Assembly (NCBI GenBank): GCA_947467375.1
Contig: CANIHL010000001.1
Coordinates: 26,610-90,609, forward strand
Length of the DNA: 64,000 bases
Direction: 5' to 3'
Source of the DNA: Acidimicrobiaceae bacterium
Lineage (GTDB): Bacteria > Actinomycetota > Acidimicrobiia > Acidimicrobiales > Ilumatobacteraceae
Shown: piece after piece, positions 25,516 to 37,724 of the stretch
How the letters are laid out: the number at the start of each line of letters is the position of its first letter
Numbering within the stretch: the stretch's first letter is position 1
The notes under the pieces: generated by a model
What the model was told of the DNA's origin: nothing
The model's database searches: none
Seen by the model: only the letters and a program-made list of their open reading frames with translations
Translations under genes and position numbers: made by a program

Positions 25516-27359
25516 TTACCCGACTTTTTCGTATATTTACGGCGGTCTTCAAGTGTGAGGTAACGCTTGCGAATTCGGATGAAGCGAGGAGTCACTTCAA
25601 CGAGTTCATCATCGCCGATCCACTCAATCGCTGTTTCCAGCGTGTGAGTTACTGGAGTAGCCAATTTCGGTCCGTCGTCGTGACTGTGCGTACGAATGTT
25701 GGTCTTTTCCTTAGCACGAACAGCGTTCACCACCATCTCGTCTTCGCGAGCGTTTTCACCGACGACCATGCCCTCGTACGTATCGTCACCTGGCGAAACG
25801 AAAAGCGTTCCACGTAGCTGCAAGTTGTCGAGCGCATAACCGGTGGTTGTTCCCATGCGGTCAGCAATCATTGCGCCACCTAAGCGGTGAGGAAGTTCGC
25901 CACACCACGGCATCCAACCAGCAAGGCTTTGATGCAACAGCGCGGTTCCGCGTGTAACGGTAAGTAGCAAGGAACGGAAACCAATAAGACCGCGTGATGG
26001 AGCTTCAAAGCTGACAATCGTGCGACCAGGGTCTCCAGGACGCAAATCGGTGATGCGACCCTTGCGCGGTGCAAGTGCCTGCGTGATTGCTCCAACGTAT
26101 TCGTCGGGGACGTCACATGTTCCAGCTTCAAGAGGTTCTTGGCGCTTGCCGTCAATTTCCTTAGTGATTACTTCTGGACGACTCACTTGCAATTCGAAGC
26201 CCTCACGTCGCATGTTCTCGATGAGCACTGCAAGCTGCAATTCTCCACGTCCAGCAACTTCCATGACTTCAGCAACTTCCGTGTTGGCGATTTTGATACT
26301 CACGTTGCCAAGAATTTCCTTGTTCAAACGATCGCGAAGGTGACGGCTGGTGAGGTATTTACCGTCGCGTCCCGCATAAGGCGAAGTGTTCACGCCGAAA
26401 CTCATGCGCAGAACTGGCTGATCCACTTCCAAACGAGGCAAGACCATTGGATTGTCGACGGAAGCAATGGTGTCCCCTACTTCTACTTCTTCGATTCCCG
26501 AAAGAATGAACAAGTCTCCAGCAACAACTTCGGTTGCATCAGTTCGTTCAATACCCGAAAACTGAAACAGGCTGCTCAGCTTGCGCTTCAAAATCGGTGC
26601 AGGGTTTGTATCAGTTGGTTTCTGACACACCGCAACGTTGTCGCCTTTACGCAACACACCAGAAATTACACGACCAATTGCAAGGCGTCCTAGGTAATCG
26701 GATGCATCCAAGTTGGTCACCATTGCTTGCAACGGTGCGTTTGGATCATTTGTCGGCGCAGGAATATGTTCAACAATCGCATCGAGCAGTGGGCTCAAAT
26801 CGGTATCCATCGGTGGCATACCTAAGCCCTTCATGGCTCGGCTTTCGCGGGCAACGGCTGAATACACCGGGAATGAAAGGTGATGGTCTGCGTGAGCAAG
26901 ATCGAGGAACAACTGTTCCACTTCAAGCAGCACTTCTTCCTTGCGCTCGTCTTGGCGGTCAACCTTGTTGATGACGAGAATTACAGGAAGGTCTAACTGC
27001 AGCGCCTTTGACAACACGTAACGCGTTTGTGGCAGTGGGCCTTCGGCAGCGTCTACGAGTAACAGAATTCCGTCGACCAATGCAAGAGCACGCTCAACTT
27101 CGCCTCCGAAGTCGGCGTGTCCAGGTGTGTCGACCAAGTTGATCTTGGTGCCCTTCCACTCAATTTGAGCCGCCTTGGCCAAAATGGTGATTCCGCGCTC
27201 GCGCTCCTGATCGTCATTGTCCATGACTCGGTCAACGACTGCAGAGTGGGCGGCAAAGGTGCCCGTGCTACGCAACAGCGCATCTACAAGGGTGGTTTTG
27301 CCATGGTCTACGTGCGCCACGAGGGCGATATTGCGCAAATTATTTGATTGTTGTGTCAT
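25512..27359 (-). CDS. typA: Translational GTPase TypA/BipA
   Basis: 615 aa with [29 protein letters not shown] and NKVD motifs and an EF-G-like domain layout. Confidence 0.95.
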   Translation of the reverse strand: MTQQSNNLRNIALVAHVDHGKTTLVDALLRSTGTFAAHSAVVDRVMDNDDQERERGITILAKAAQIEWKGTKINLVDTPGHADFGGEVERALALVDGILLLVDAAEGPLPQTRYVLSKALQLDLPVILVINKVDRQDERKEEVLLEVEQLFLDLAHADHHLSFPVYSAVARESRAMKGLGMPPMDTDLSPLLDAIVEHIPAPTNDPNAPLQAMVTNLDASDYLGRLAIGRVISGVLRKGDNVAVCQKPTDTNPAPILKRKLSSLFQFSGIERTDATEVVAGDLFILSGIEEVEVGDTIASVDNPMVLPRLEVDQPVLRMSFGVNTSPYAGRDGKYLTSRHLRDRLNKEILGNVSIKIANTEVAEVMEVAGRGELQLAVLIENMRREGFELQVSRPEVITKEIDGKRQEPLEAGTCDVPDEYVGAITQALAPRKGRITDLRPGDPGRTIVSFEAPSRGLIGFRSLLLTVTRGTALLHQSLAGWMPWCGELPHRLGGAMIADRMGTTTGYALDNLQLRGTLFVSPGDDTYEGMVVGENAREDEMVVNAVRAKEKTNIRTHSHDDGPKLATPVTHTLETAIEWIGDDELVEVTPRFIRIRKRYLTLEDRRKYTKKSGN

Positions 27360-27398
27360 TATTTTGGGGGTGATGTGAAAAAGCCGGTATTGGCTGAT

Positions 27399-27593
27399 TT
27401 AGATCTCTTCCTCTTCGCTTTCTTCGTCGTCTTCATCGAATCGCACTCCATAGCGTTCCGCTATGGCTGCATACTCGTCCTCTTCGGTCTGCGGCGAACG
27501 TGAACGACCACCAAAACCTAAATCTTCGGCCGTAGGCCCTGACTGCTTCAATCTGCGCGCTTCTTCAAAGCGACGATGACGACCCTTCTTCAC
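27399..27593 (-). CDS. Small protein with basic N-terminus and strongly acidic C-terminus
   Basis: 64 aa, GTG start, ending in DEDDEESEEEEI. No family assigned. Confidence 0.4.
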   Translation of the reverse strand: MKKGRHRRFEEARRLKQSGPTAEDLGFGGRSRSPQTEEDEYAAIAERYGVRFDEDDEESEEEEI

Positions 27594-27696
27594 GGCAGGG
27601 GCTCCGAACTGTGCTCGGACGACTACCGCTTCGGTAGCCGCCTATTGAATAAACATCGCAGATGACTCTAGCCGTTGAAATGGCTCAAAATGGGCA

Positions 27697-28839
27697 TTAT
27701 TGCAAGGTTGTTGGTAAAAGCCGAAGGCGTCCTCGCCCATCAAAACTGAGCCCCGCCTCACCCGTGAGAATCTTTTCTATGTCGCGACCAACGATTTCCG
27801 CACGCCAGCCTGTGGATAACCGTGAGTCCTTTGATTTACGCAGGAGATCCATGATGTCCTGTCGTGTACCTAACAAGGTTGCATCAACATGATGCTCACG
27901 AGCAAGTTCACCAATCCATGCGGCGATCAAGCTCATGGCTGGTCGAAACTCCTTATCAACATCGTCGTGCTCAGTATGTGGAATTTTCGCTTCAACAGCT
28001 CGACCGGCTGACACCGCGTCAACAATTTCCTGACCAACTTGTCCACCTATTTGTCGACTTTCAAGTCCTCGAATGGACGACAACTCAGCGACTGTGTGTG
28101 GCATTGCATGTGCCACGCCGAGTAGAGCGATATCTGAAAGCACGCGACGAGGCGGCATGTCGTGTTGCATTGCTTTGCGTTCTCGCCACTCCGCAACAGC
28201 CTGTGCAACGCCACGCGACGCAGGCTTCAGCGTGCGTACTTCCTTTATTCGCAACCAAGCATCGGTTGGGTCTTGTGGACCATTAGGGCGCTTACGAAGT
28301 TCCTCACATGCTTCCTCGGCCCACGAGGCTCTTCCCAATTCGTTTAGTCGAGCCATGATGCTGTCGTGCAGGACGAACAGGTAGTCAACATCGCTTGCGG
28401 CGTATTTCTGTTGATCCGCTGTGAGCGGCCGACGCAACCAATCTGTTAAGCGATCGCCTTTTGGTAATGAGATTTTCAATTCATTCTGAACTAGTGATGC
28501 AAGCGAAGGCGTCGACATACCAATGAAACCAGAGGACAACTGAGTATCAAATATTCGCTTCGGAATGGCGCCCGATGCATGCTGCAGTACTTCTAGGTCT
28601 TGTTGCGCTGCATGAACGACGCATAGTGAATCAGCTTCAAACAGCCTGACAAGCAAAGTCGTGTCGACCGCTAATGGGTCGACGAGTGCTGTGGATTCCC
28701 CGATGCGAATTTGCAGCAGGGCGAGCTTTGGGTAATAGGTCTTTTCGCGATGAAACTCGGTGTCTAATGCATATCGATCAGACACGACAACTTCATCAAT
28801 GAGAGCATTAAGCGCAGCGTCGGTGTCTATCCACATCAT
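27697..28839 (-). CDS. rnd: Ribonuclease D
   Basis: 380 aa with the 3'-5' exonuclease motif ALDTEFHREKTYYPKLALLQI, YAASDVDYL and an HRDC-like C-terminal region. Confidence 0.85.
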   Translation of the reverse strand: MMWIDTDAALNALIDEVVVSDRYALDTEFHREKTYYPKLALLQIRIGESTALVDPLAVDTTLLVRLFEADSLCVVHAAQQDLEVLQHASGAIPKRIFDTQLSSGFIGMSTPSLASLVQNELKISLPKGDRLTDWLRRPLTADQQKYAASDVDYLFVLHDSIMARLNELGRASWAEEACEELRKRPNGPQDPTDAWLRIKEVRTLKPASRGVAQAVAEWRERKAMQHDMPPRRVLSDIALLGVAHAMPHTVAELSSIRGLESRQIGGQVGQEIVDAVSAGRAVEAKIPHTEHDDVDKEFRPAMSLIAAWIGELAREHHVDATLLGTRQDIMDLLRKSKDSRLSTGWRAEIVGRDIEKILTGEAGLSFDGRGRLRLLPTTLQ

Positions 28840-28851
28840 TGGAAAACTGGC

Positions 28852-29166
28852 CTATTCGCCAGCGACGACAGCATTGCCTAGTGCGATCCAGCCTGTGGTT
28901 CCGCCAGCAATGTTCACAAGATTGTCAATGTCGAAATCAGCCAAATATTGACAAGCACGCATGCTTCGACCACCCACTTGGCAGATGACGTACACAGTGC
29001 CTGCGTGTCTAAATTCATCGACACGATCGTGCACTGTTGACAACGGAATCGAAATTGCAGACGGCACATGACCGGCGGCGAATTCATCGGATTCACGAAC
29101 GTCAATGAGCAATGCTCCGCTTGCGAGAAGGGGTTCTAATTCGGAAACTGAAATCTCACCAATCAT
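28852..29166 (-). CDS. Rhodanese-domain sulfurtransferase
   Basis: 104 aa with active-site loop CQVGGRS. Confidence 0.85.
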   Translation of the reverse strand: MIGEISVSELEPLLASGALLIDVRESDEFAAGHVPSAISIPLSTVHDRVDEFRHAGTVYVICQVGGRSMRACQYLADFDIDNLVNIAGGTTGWIALGNAVVAGE

Positions 29167-29176
29167 TGTGCTTATC

Positions 29177-29737
29177 CTATTGTGCGTCTTGAGGCGTATT
29201 GACGTTCGTTAAAACATGACTAGCGAAATGTTGGTCGTACACGTTGAGGCCAGTGATGGCTCGATGGATTGCGCGTTCGCCAGATGAGTAGGCCTCAATC
29301 ATGTGGCTACGTGTTGCTTGGACATTCCAGCAGCTCAGCAGCCAGTGGCGTAAGTGCGGTGGCTGCTCGTCGGTTGCGACTACAACATCGCATTCTCTTT
29401 GATTCGCGATCAAACGATCAAAATCGGACGCCATAAAAAATGGAGTATCGCATGGTGCAAACACCACGAAGTCGCTTGATGCATTTTCCAAAACATCGCA
29501 CATAGCACCGAGCGGCCCGTGTCCTTCGCGGCGCCCACTCACTCTCGCAATGCTGACGAAATCGGCGTGATCGACCGGTGGACCAACTACAGAACATTCA
29601 CCATCAATAGAACCCGAGAGATGATTCAGAACAACAATTCCCATTGGTTTGCCGTCGATGAGATGCAGCAATTTATTGGAGCCAAAGCGTGTGCTCTGTC
29701 CTCCTGTGAAAACGAAACCAGAAATACTCGGACCCAT
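29177..29737 (-). CDS. mobA: Molybdenum cofactor nucleotidyltransferase (MobA/MocA-like)
   Basis: 186 aa with GFVFTGGQSTRFGSNKLL and APCDTPFF motifs. GTP versus CTP specificity cannot be told from sequence by eye. Confidence 0.7.
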   Translation of the reverse strand: MGPSISGFVFTGGQSTRFGSNKLLHLIDGKPMGIVVLNHLSGSIDGECSVVGPPVDHADFVSIARVSGRREGHGPLGAMCDVLENASSDFVVFAPCDTPFFMASDFDRLIANQRECDVVVATDEQPPHLRHWLLSCWNVQATRSHMIEAYSSGERAIHRAITGLNVYDQHFASHVLTNVNTPQDAQ

Positions 29738-29745
29738 AAAAACGG

Positions 29746-30174
29746 TTATGGTCTGCCGTTCGGATCACATTGCAATAAAAATTGTGAGCACCGCGTGGCT
29801 TCATCGGTTTCGCCAATATCTGCAGCTGTGCGAGCGAGACCATCTAAACAGTTCAGAAAACCATGATTTGTTGGGGCTGACCAACGTACATATCCGCTTC
29901 CCTTCCATCCATTGGCTCGCAACGCATCTAAACCGCGATGGTAACCAACGCGGTAAGCCATGTAACTTTCCACGGAATCTCTCGCAACATCTCCGAGCGC
30001 CGCCCATGCCGCAAGGTATCGAGGGTGGTTGGCCACTACTCGCGCAACTGCATCTCGTCGATCTCGATCATGTGAGGCAAGAGCTGCGTCTAACGCGGCT
30101 TGCAAGGCATTATCAACCGCTGGAAGAACCACGTTTGGGGGTCCGGTCCCTGAAACATTCACAGTAGAGCTCAT
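29746..30174 (-). CDS. DUF3151-like actinobacterial protein
   Basis: 142 aa. AYRVGYHRGLDALRANGWKGSGYVRWSAPTNHGFLNCLDGLARTAADIGE...CSQFLLQCDP matches my recollection of DUF3151. Confidence 0.55.
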   Translation of the reverse strand: MSSTVNVSGTGPPNVVLPAVDNALQAALDAALASHDRDRRDAVARVVANHPRYLAAWAALGDVARDSVESYMAYRVGYHRGLDALRANGWKGSGYVRWSAPTNHGFLNCLDGLARTAADIGETDEATRCSQFLLQCDPNGRP

Positions 30175-30180
30175 GAGTTA

Positions 30181-30186
30181 ACCGTA
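30181..30186 (-). promoter_or_regulatory. -10-like hexamer TACGGT, 6 nt before ATG 30174
   Basis: TANNNT + TAACTC + ATG on minus strand. Confidence 0.35.
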
Positions 30187-30225
30187 TACGAGAAGCAGTT
30201 CGGTCTCTGGTTTTGCTGGCAGAAT

Positions 30226-30525
30226 ATGTTCATGATTGGAATTTCATTCAATGCCGACAGTGTGCAGAACTACTCGCTTATGGCGATGGGAGGCTCGTTC
30301 ATCGGATTGTTGCTCGTATTGAAATTTGCTAAGTCCGTAGTGTCAAAATTGCTCCTGCTAGTCGTTTGTGTAGGAATTGGGGTGCTGGCTTTCACCCAAC
30401 GCGACGCAGTGAACGCGTGCGTTGCATCGGCAAATAAACAGGCTCAGGCTGGCACGCCGTTTGAAACGACATGCACATTTTTCGGACAGCGAGTATCTCT
30501 CTCGGGTATTACCAAACAGCCATGA
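30226..30525 (+). CDS. Small membrane protein (two TM segments)
   Basis: 99-aa ORF whose TGA overlaps the aminopeptidase ATG (ATGA). An alternative start at ATG 30232 is preceded by CAGAAT + 6 nt. Confidence 0.45.
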   Translation: MFMIGISFNADSVQNYSLMAMGGSFIGLLLVLKFAKSVVSKLLLLVVCVGIGVLAFTQRDAVNACVASANKQAQAGTPFETTCTFFGQRVSLSGITKQP

Positions 30526-31772
30526 TCGAATCATTTCTTACACACATTGATGCCTGTCCTACCGCCCATCATGTGGTGCGCAGAACAGCAGCGATATTGA
30601 AAGGCAACGGATTCAAAGATGTTTATCTCGATTCGGCTTTCTCCAGCGATCAACTTCAGCATGGTTTTGTAGTCAATGGAGGAACCATTATTGCGTGGAG
30701 AAATGCACAGACAATCTCAGCCGATGGAATACGAATCGTCGGCGCCCATACCGATTCGCCTGGATTGCACATCAAACCAAATCCGGATACGCAAACTCTC
30801 AATTGGCAGCAACTACAAGTTGAGGTGTACGGCGGTCCTCTGTTCAATTCCTGGCTAGATCGTGACTTGGCAATAGCTGGTCACGTGGTTCTTCGCGATG
30901 GAACTACGTCACTGTTTACATCGAATCGCCCAGTAGCCCGTATTCCACAATTGGCAATACACCTAGATCGCGAAGTGAACGATAAAGGCTTGATTCTCAA
31001 TCGTCAGCAGCACCTCTCTCCTGTTTGGGCATTGGGAACTTCAGCAAGTTCCTTTGAAACGTGGTTGGCACAGCAATGTTCAGTATCGCCTTCTCAGATC
31101 GCATCGTGGTCTGCACAGTTGGTGGATACACAGAAGGCAGAAATTTTTGGTCGTGATTCTGAGTTTGTTGCATCGTCACGTATCGATAATCAAATCTCTT
31201 GTTGGGCCGCTCTCGCAGCTTTGCTTGCTGGCACCGGCGATCAACCCACGATGATCGCGCTGTTTGATCACGAAGAAGTCGGTTCTCAAAGCGCTCAAGG
31301 TGCTGGTGGCCCGTTGCTCGAGCACGTACTTGAACGACTTACTGCTGCATCTGGATCGACTCGCCCTGAATTTCTCACAGCATTACAGAAAAGTCACTGC
31401 GTATCAGCGGATAACGCGCACGCTGTCCATCCAAATTACACCGATCGCCACGAATTGAACAATGCACCAAATGTGAACGCTGGAATCGTGGTGAAGACCA
31501 ATGTCAATCAACGTTACGCAACATCGCCGAGTTCGGTTGTGCCAATAGATCGCGCCGCAACTTCGGCAGGAGTCCATCTGCAAACATTTTCGTCACGAAA
31601 CAACATCGCTTGCGGATCAACTATCGGTCCGATCACTGCAACAAGACTTGGCATCGACACGGTTGACATAGGTGTACCGCAATTGTCAATGCATTCAATT
31701 CGTGAAATGTGTGGCACGAAAGACCCAGTTGATCTAGTTGCGCTTCTCAGCGCATATTTCTCGCGCCTCTAG
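30522..31772 (+). CDS. M18 family aminopeptidase
   Basis: GAHTDSPGLHIKPNP, FDHEEVGS and SADNAHAVHPNY motifs. Start set at ATG 30522 (MIESF...). Confidence 0.85.
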   Translation: MIESFLTHIDACPTAHHVVRRTAAILKGNGFKDVYLDSAFSSDQLQHGFVVNGGTIIAWRNAQTISADGIRIVGAHTDSPGLHIKPNPDTQTLNWQQLQVEVYGGPLFNSWLDRDLAIAGHVVLRDGTTSLFTSNRPVARIPQLAIHLDREVNDKGLILNRQQHLSPVWALGTSASSFETWLAQQCSVSPSQIASWSAQLVDTQKAEIFGRDSEFVASSRIDNQISCWAALAALLAGTGDQPTMIALFDHEEVGSQSAQGAGGPLLEHVLERLTAASGSTRPEFLTALQKSHCVSADNAHAVHPNYTDRHELNNAPNVNAGIVVKTNVNQRYATSPSSVVPIDRAATSAGVHLQTFSSRNNIACGSTIGPITATRLGIDTVDIGVPQLSMHSIREMCGTKDPVDLVALLSAYFSRL

Positions 31773-31782
31773 TTTTCAAGCG

Positions 31783-32456
31783 TTAATTAATGAGGCGGTT
31801 CGCTTCATCCAATAGTCTCTGCAATTCGTTTTGCAGTTGCACAGTCAAATCGCCGATCTGTTCTCGAGAAGCTCTGCCCCCACCTGGGACGTCGGCGACT
31901 ATTGGTTTTCCGATGACCATGCGGCATTTTTTAAATCGAATTGCTTTCGATCCTGAGCGCATGACATCTTCAGTTCCGGCGATTGCTGCTGGAACGATTG
32001 GTACTCCAGTTTTCAAAGCAATGTAAGCGGCTCCGTCAAACAGCGGTTGCACCTCTGGGCCATAGTGACGAGTGCCCTCGGGAAACATCACGAGTGGTTC
32101 CCCACTTTGCACGATTGCTATGCATCGTTTCAATGCTTCAAGATCTGCTGATCCACGCGTGACCGGAAATGCACCGAGCCCGGTCATAATTTTGCCAATC
32201 GGTTTGTACTTCCAAATGGAATCCTTGCCCATGAATCTCATACGACGACGAGTTGCAGCCGAAGCTACAGGAATATCAATCGTTGACCGATGAGTCGGCG
32301 CGAAAACAAACGAACCTTCTCGTGGCACGTTTTCCAAACCAACGACTCGCAATCGAAGATACGAACGACAGATTCCGACAACAAGTACCCGCACAATTGA
32401 ATAGAAAATCTTGGTCGAACGTGATTGTCCAACGATTCGAGAGTCGACGATGGCCA

Positions 32457-32457
<1 letters not shown>
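31783..32457 (-). CDS. plsC: 1-acyl-sn-glycerol-3-phosphate acyltransferase
   Basis: 224 aa with the HxxxxD box (APTHRSTIDIP) and FPEGTR box. Confidence 0.85.
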
Positions 32458-34561
<2,104 letters not shown>

Positions 34562-34637
34562 TCACGGTTTTGTCCAATTGCTAAACCCTGCTTTACGACC
34601 GCTTAAGGCTACTCCGAATTTGTAGCCTCGTAATCAC

Positions 34638-35558
34638 ATGAGTTCAATCGTTTCTAGCCACATGCCCGATGCAGTTGAACGGGCGGTCATCGTGTTGAAT
34701 GCGGGCGGTCTCATTGGGTTACCAACTGAAACCGTGTATGGCCTTGCAGCGCGTGCAGACAAAGACGACGCAGTAGCAAAGATTTTTCAAGCAAAAGGAA
34801 GACCTACTGGGCATCCACTGATCTTGCATATTTCAAGTATCTCCGACCTAGATCGATACGCCGTCAATGTCCCAGCATCAGCTTTTGAACTCGCCCAGCA
34901 ATGTTGGCCAGGACCGCTCACACTGTTGCTGAACAAAACTTCTGAAGTTTCTCATCTTGTAACTGGTGGCCGTGAAACGGTTGCAATACGTATTCCAGCA
35001 AATACATGTGCCTTGAAGATTATTGAACAATGCGGTAACGGCCTCGCTGCCCCTTCGGCAAATACCTTCGGCCATGTCAGTCCATCAACAGCACAGCATG
35101 TACTTGATGATCTTGGGGACAGAGTCGATCTCATCGTTGATGATGGCAATTGCTCCATTGGTGTTGAGTCAACCATCGTCGACTTCACTACACACGAGCC
35201 ACAGCTGCTTCGTCCGGGCGGCTTCCCTGTTGAAGACCTTGAATTCATCATTGGAAAATCGATACTCATGCCATCGGGTGAATCACGAGCTTCGGGCATG
35301 CTCGCTTCGCACTATGCCCCAACATGCACGGTCACATTGGTGAACGATTTGACAGAAGCTCGAATTGTCAACGAGGCCAATCCACAGTCTCGAATCCTCG
35401 AGCATGCGGACAATATCCCGCTATACGCGGCGTCGCTGTACGCCCAAATGCGACAGGCAGACGACGACGGAATTTCAATGATCATCGCGGTGTTACCCCC
35501 TAAAACAGGGCTTGGTTTCGCGATTCATGACCGCCTAACAAAGGCATCATTCCTCTAG
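34638..35558 (+). CDS. tsaC: L-threonylcarbamoyladenylate synthase (Sua5/TsaC, long form)
   Basis: 306 aa with IGLPTETVYGLAA, APSANTFGHVSP and a Sua5 C-terminal domain. Confidence 0.85.
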   Translation: MSSIVSSHMPDAVERAVIVLNAGGLIGLPTETVYGLAARADKDDAVAKIFQAKGRPTGHPLILHISSISDLDRYAVNVPASAFELAQQCWPGPLTLLLNKTSEVSHLVTGGRETVAIRIPANTCALKIIEQCGNGLAAPSANTFGHVSPSTAQHVLDDLGDRVDLIVDDGNCSIGVESTIVDFTTHEPQLLRPGGFPVEDLEFIIGKSILMPSGESRASGMLASHYAPTCTVTLVNDLTEARIVNEANPQSRILEHADNIPLYAASLYAQMRQADDDGISMIIAVLPPKTGLGFAIHDRLTKASFL

Positions 35559-35617
35559 GCTTGTAAATCCAAACCCAGGGTGGCACCCGTCACCCGACTC
35601 CTAGGGGGAGAAAATAC

Positions 35618-36913
35618 ATGAAGAAAACAACTAAGGGCAAAATCGCAGCTCTCGTTGTCGGCCTTAGCCTCGTGGCTACTGCTTGCGGCGGAAATAAGGG
35701 CGGCGAATTGGAAGGAATGAAGGGGACGTACCCTTCAGTCAAGTTGACTGATGAGTTCCAAAATGGAATGAATGAGTTCTGGACATCAAAGGGCAACGAT
35801 GCACTCGTTGACTTTTCGTATGCTGGTGAAGCATTTGACTCAGTAATGCTCGTTGCTCTTGCAGCAGAAGCAGCAAAGACTGACGGCAGTGCACTTGCCG
35901 CACAGATCCAAGCAGTTTCAGCAGGCGGCGAAGCATGCAGCGAGTTTGCAGCATGCGTAGCAATCATTGCAGCTGGCGGAGACGTCAACTACGAAGGCGT
36001 GTCAGGACCACAGGACATGAACGGAAACGGTGAGCCAATCAAAGCTTCGTACGGTGTTTACGAGTTTGATTCCACGAACAGATTCGACGCAGCAAGCGCC
36101 AAGGAGTACGTCCTAGCGGATTTACCTGCCTCAGACATTGTTCCGCTTGAACCACCAACCGTTGAACGCGTTGGCGATGGTGTGTTAAAGATTGGATCGC
36201 TCTTGCCAGAAACCGGTTCACTCGCATTCCTCGGACCACCAGAATTCGCTGGTGTTGAGTATGCAATCAGCCTCATTAATGCGGCTGGTGGCGTTCTTGG
36301 CAAGCCAGTTGAATATGTTCAGGGTGACTCGGGTGACACCAGCACTGACACAGCAAGCACCACCGTTGACCGTCTCCTCGGAGAAAACGTTGACGCAATT
36401 ATCGGTGCAGCATCATCGTCAGTGTCACTGACCGTAATCGACAAGATCACAGCAGCTGGCGTAATTCAGTTCAGCCCAGCAAACACATCAGAAAAACTGT
36501 CGACATACCCAGACAATGGTTTGTACTATCGAACCGCTCCATCTGACATTCTGCAAGGTGCAGTTCTTGCGAACCTCATTGCAGGAGATGGTGTTTCGAC
36601 TGTATACATCATGGCATTGGATGATGCTTATGGAACAGGCTTAGCCGCTTCAATTACGAAGAACTTGGAAGCTGCTGGTGTAACTGTTGTAGGAACAAAA
36701 ATCTACGACCCTAAGGCAACGACATTCGATGCTGAAGTTGGCGAAATCAAGACTGCTAACCCAGACGCAATCATGCTCGTAACATTCGACGAAGGTTCAC
36801 GTATCTTGCGCACCATGGTGGAGCAAGGAATCGGACCTAAGGACAAGAAGGTTTACGGTTGTGACGGCAACATGGGTAACGCACTCGGCGAAAACTTCGA
36901 CTCGGGTAAGTAA
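35618..36913 (+). CDS. LivJ-type (type I) ABC substrate-binding lipoprotein, apparently circularly permuted
   Basis: Lipobox LVATAC and SD GGGGGAG. Residues ~30-155 resemble the family C-terminal third. Residues ~188-431 resemble the family N-terminal two thirds (LKIGSLLPETGSLAFLG...). See finding. Confidence 0.8.
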   Translation: MKKTTKGKIAALVVGLSLVATACGGNKGGELEGMKGTYPSVKLTDEFQNGMNEFWTSKGNDALVDFSYAGEAFDSVMLVALAAEAAKTDGSALAAQIQAVSAGGEACSEFAACVAIIAAGGDVNYEGVSGPQDMNGNGEPIKASYGVYEFDSTNRFDAASAKEYVLADLPASDIVPLEPPTVERVGDGVLKIGSLLPETGSLAFLGPPEFAGVEYAISLINAAGGVLGKPVEYVQGDSGDTSTDTASTTVDRLLGENVDAIIGAASSSVSLTVIDKITAAGVIQFSPANTSEKLSTYPDNGLYYRTAPSDILQGAVLANLIAGDGVSTVYIMALDDAYGTGLAASITKNLEAAGVTVVGTKIYDPKATTFDAEVGEIKTANPDAIMLVTFDEGSRILRTMVEQGIGPKDKKVYGCDGNMGNALGENFDSGK

Positions 36914-36938
36914 TCCCTGACTCTGTCAGATTAAGAAA

Positions 36939-36973
36939 GGCCCCCAGCCGAAAGGTTGGGGGCCTTTTTATTT
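36939..36973. terminator. Bidirectional intrinsic terminator between convergent SBP gene and livF
   Basis: GGCCCCCAGCC-GAAA-GGTTGGGGGCC hairpin (GAAA tetraloop), followed by TTTTTATTT and preceded by AGAAA. Confidence 0.85.
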
Positions 36974-36986
36974 ACCTAAAAGAAGC

Positions 36987-37724
36987 TCAGCCGCCGGTCA
37001 TTTTGGCGAGCGTACCCAAGTACAACTTGATGACATTTGGGTCTTCGAGAAGTTGGCGACCAGTGCCTGTGTACGCATTCTTGCCCTGGTCGAGCACGTA
37101 GCCACGATCAGTTACTTGCAGGCAACGACGTGCATTCTGTTCCACCATCAAGATCGCAATTCCTTCTGCATTGATGCGCTTGCATTGAATAAATACTTCG
37201 TCTTGCAACACAGGTGACAAACCCGCACTCGGTTCATCGAGCAGCAACAACTTTGGTTCCATCATGAGCGCTCGGCCCATGGCAACCATCTGACGCTCTC
37301 CACCAGACAGCGAACCTGCACGTTGGTTTGCTCGCTCACGTAATTTTGGAAACAGATAAGTGACATATTCGAAACGCTCATCGAACACACTTGGCTTGAT
37401 GAAGCATCCCATTTCCAAGTTTTCGGAAACCGTCAAACTTTGAAACACATTTTGGGTTTGCGGAACGTATCCAACACCTTGTTCAACAAGTTCGTGCGCT
37501 TTCATGCCAGTGATGTCATTGCCCAAAAAGCTGACATTGCCGCCGCGTACTCCACACTGACCAAGAATCGCTTTCAACACCGTGGATTTTCCGGCACCGT
37601 TCGGTCCGATGACTCCAATAAATTCGCCAGCGCGAACTTCGATGTTGCAACCATTCAAGATATTTACTTCGGGCACGTAACCAGCAACGAGTTCATCAAC
37701 AACGAGAACGCGATCATCCGACAT
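36987..37724 (-). CDS. livF: Branched-chain amino acid ABC transporter ATPase (LivF-type)
   Basis: 245 aa with GPNGAGKST, LSGGERQ and LLLDEPS. Confidence 0.85.
   Translation of the reverse strand: MSDDRVLVVDELVAGYVPEVNILNGCNIEVRAGEFIGVIGPNGAGKSTVLKAILGQCGVRGGNVSFLGNDITGMKAHELVEQGVGYVPQTQNVFQSLTVSENLEMGCFIKPSVFDERFEYVTYLFPKLRERANQRAGSLSGGERQMVAMGRALMMEPKLLLLDEPSAGLSPVLQDEVFIQCKRINAEGIAILMVEQNARRCLQVTDRGYVLDQGKNAYTGTGRQLLEDPNVIKLYLGTLAKMTGG

Noticed and set aside
27594-27696. Two small hairpins (CTACCG-CTT-CGGTAG and TCCGA-N7-TCGGA) between rnd and the small acidic ORF, examined as an sRNA or 6C-like element
   Set aside because: The stems are only 5-6 bp, with no C-rich loops or conserved motif. 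More likely this is a weak rnd 3' structure or a 5' UTR.
34606-34628. 7-bp inverted repeat AGGCTAC-N9-GTAGCCT, 10 nt upstream of tsaC
   Set aside because: It is short, single-copy and lacks a U-tract. It could be an operator or a 5' hairpin, but I cannot distinguish that from chance.
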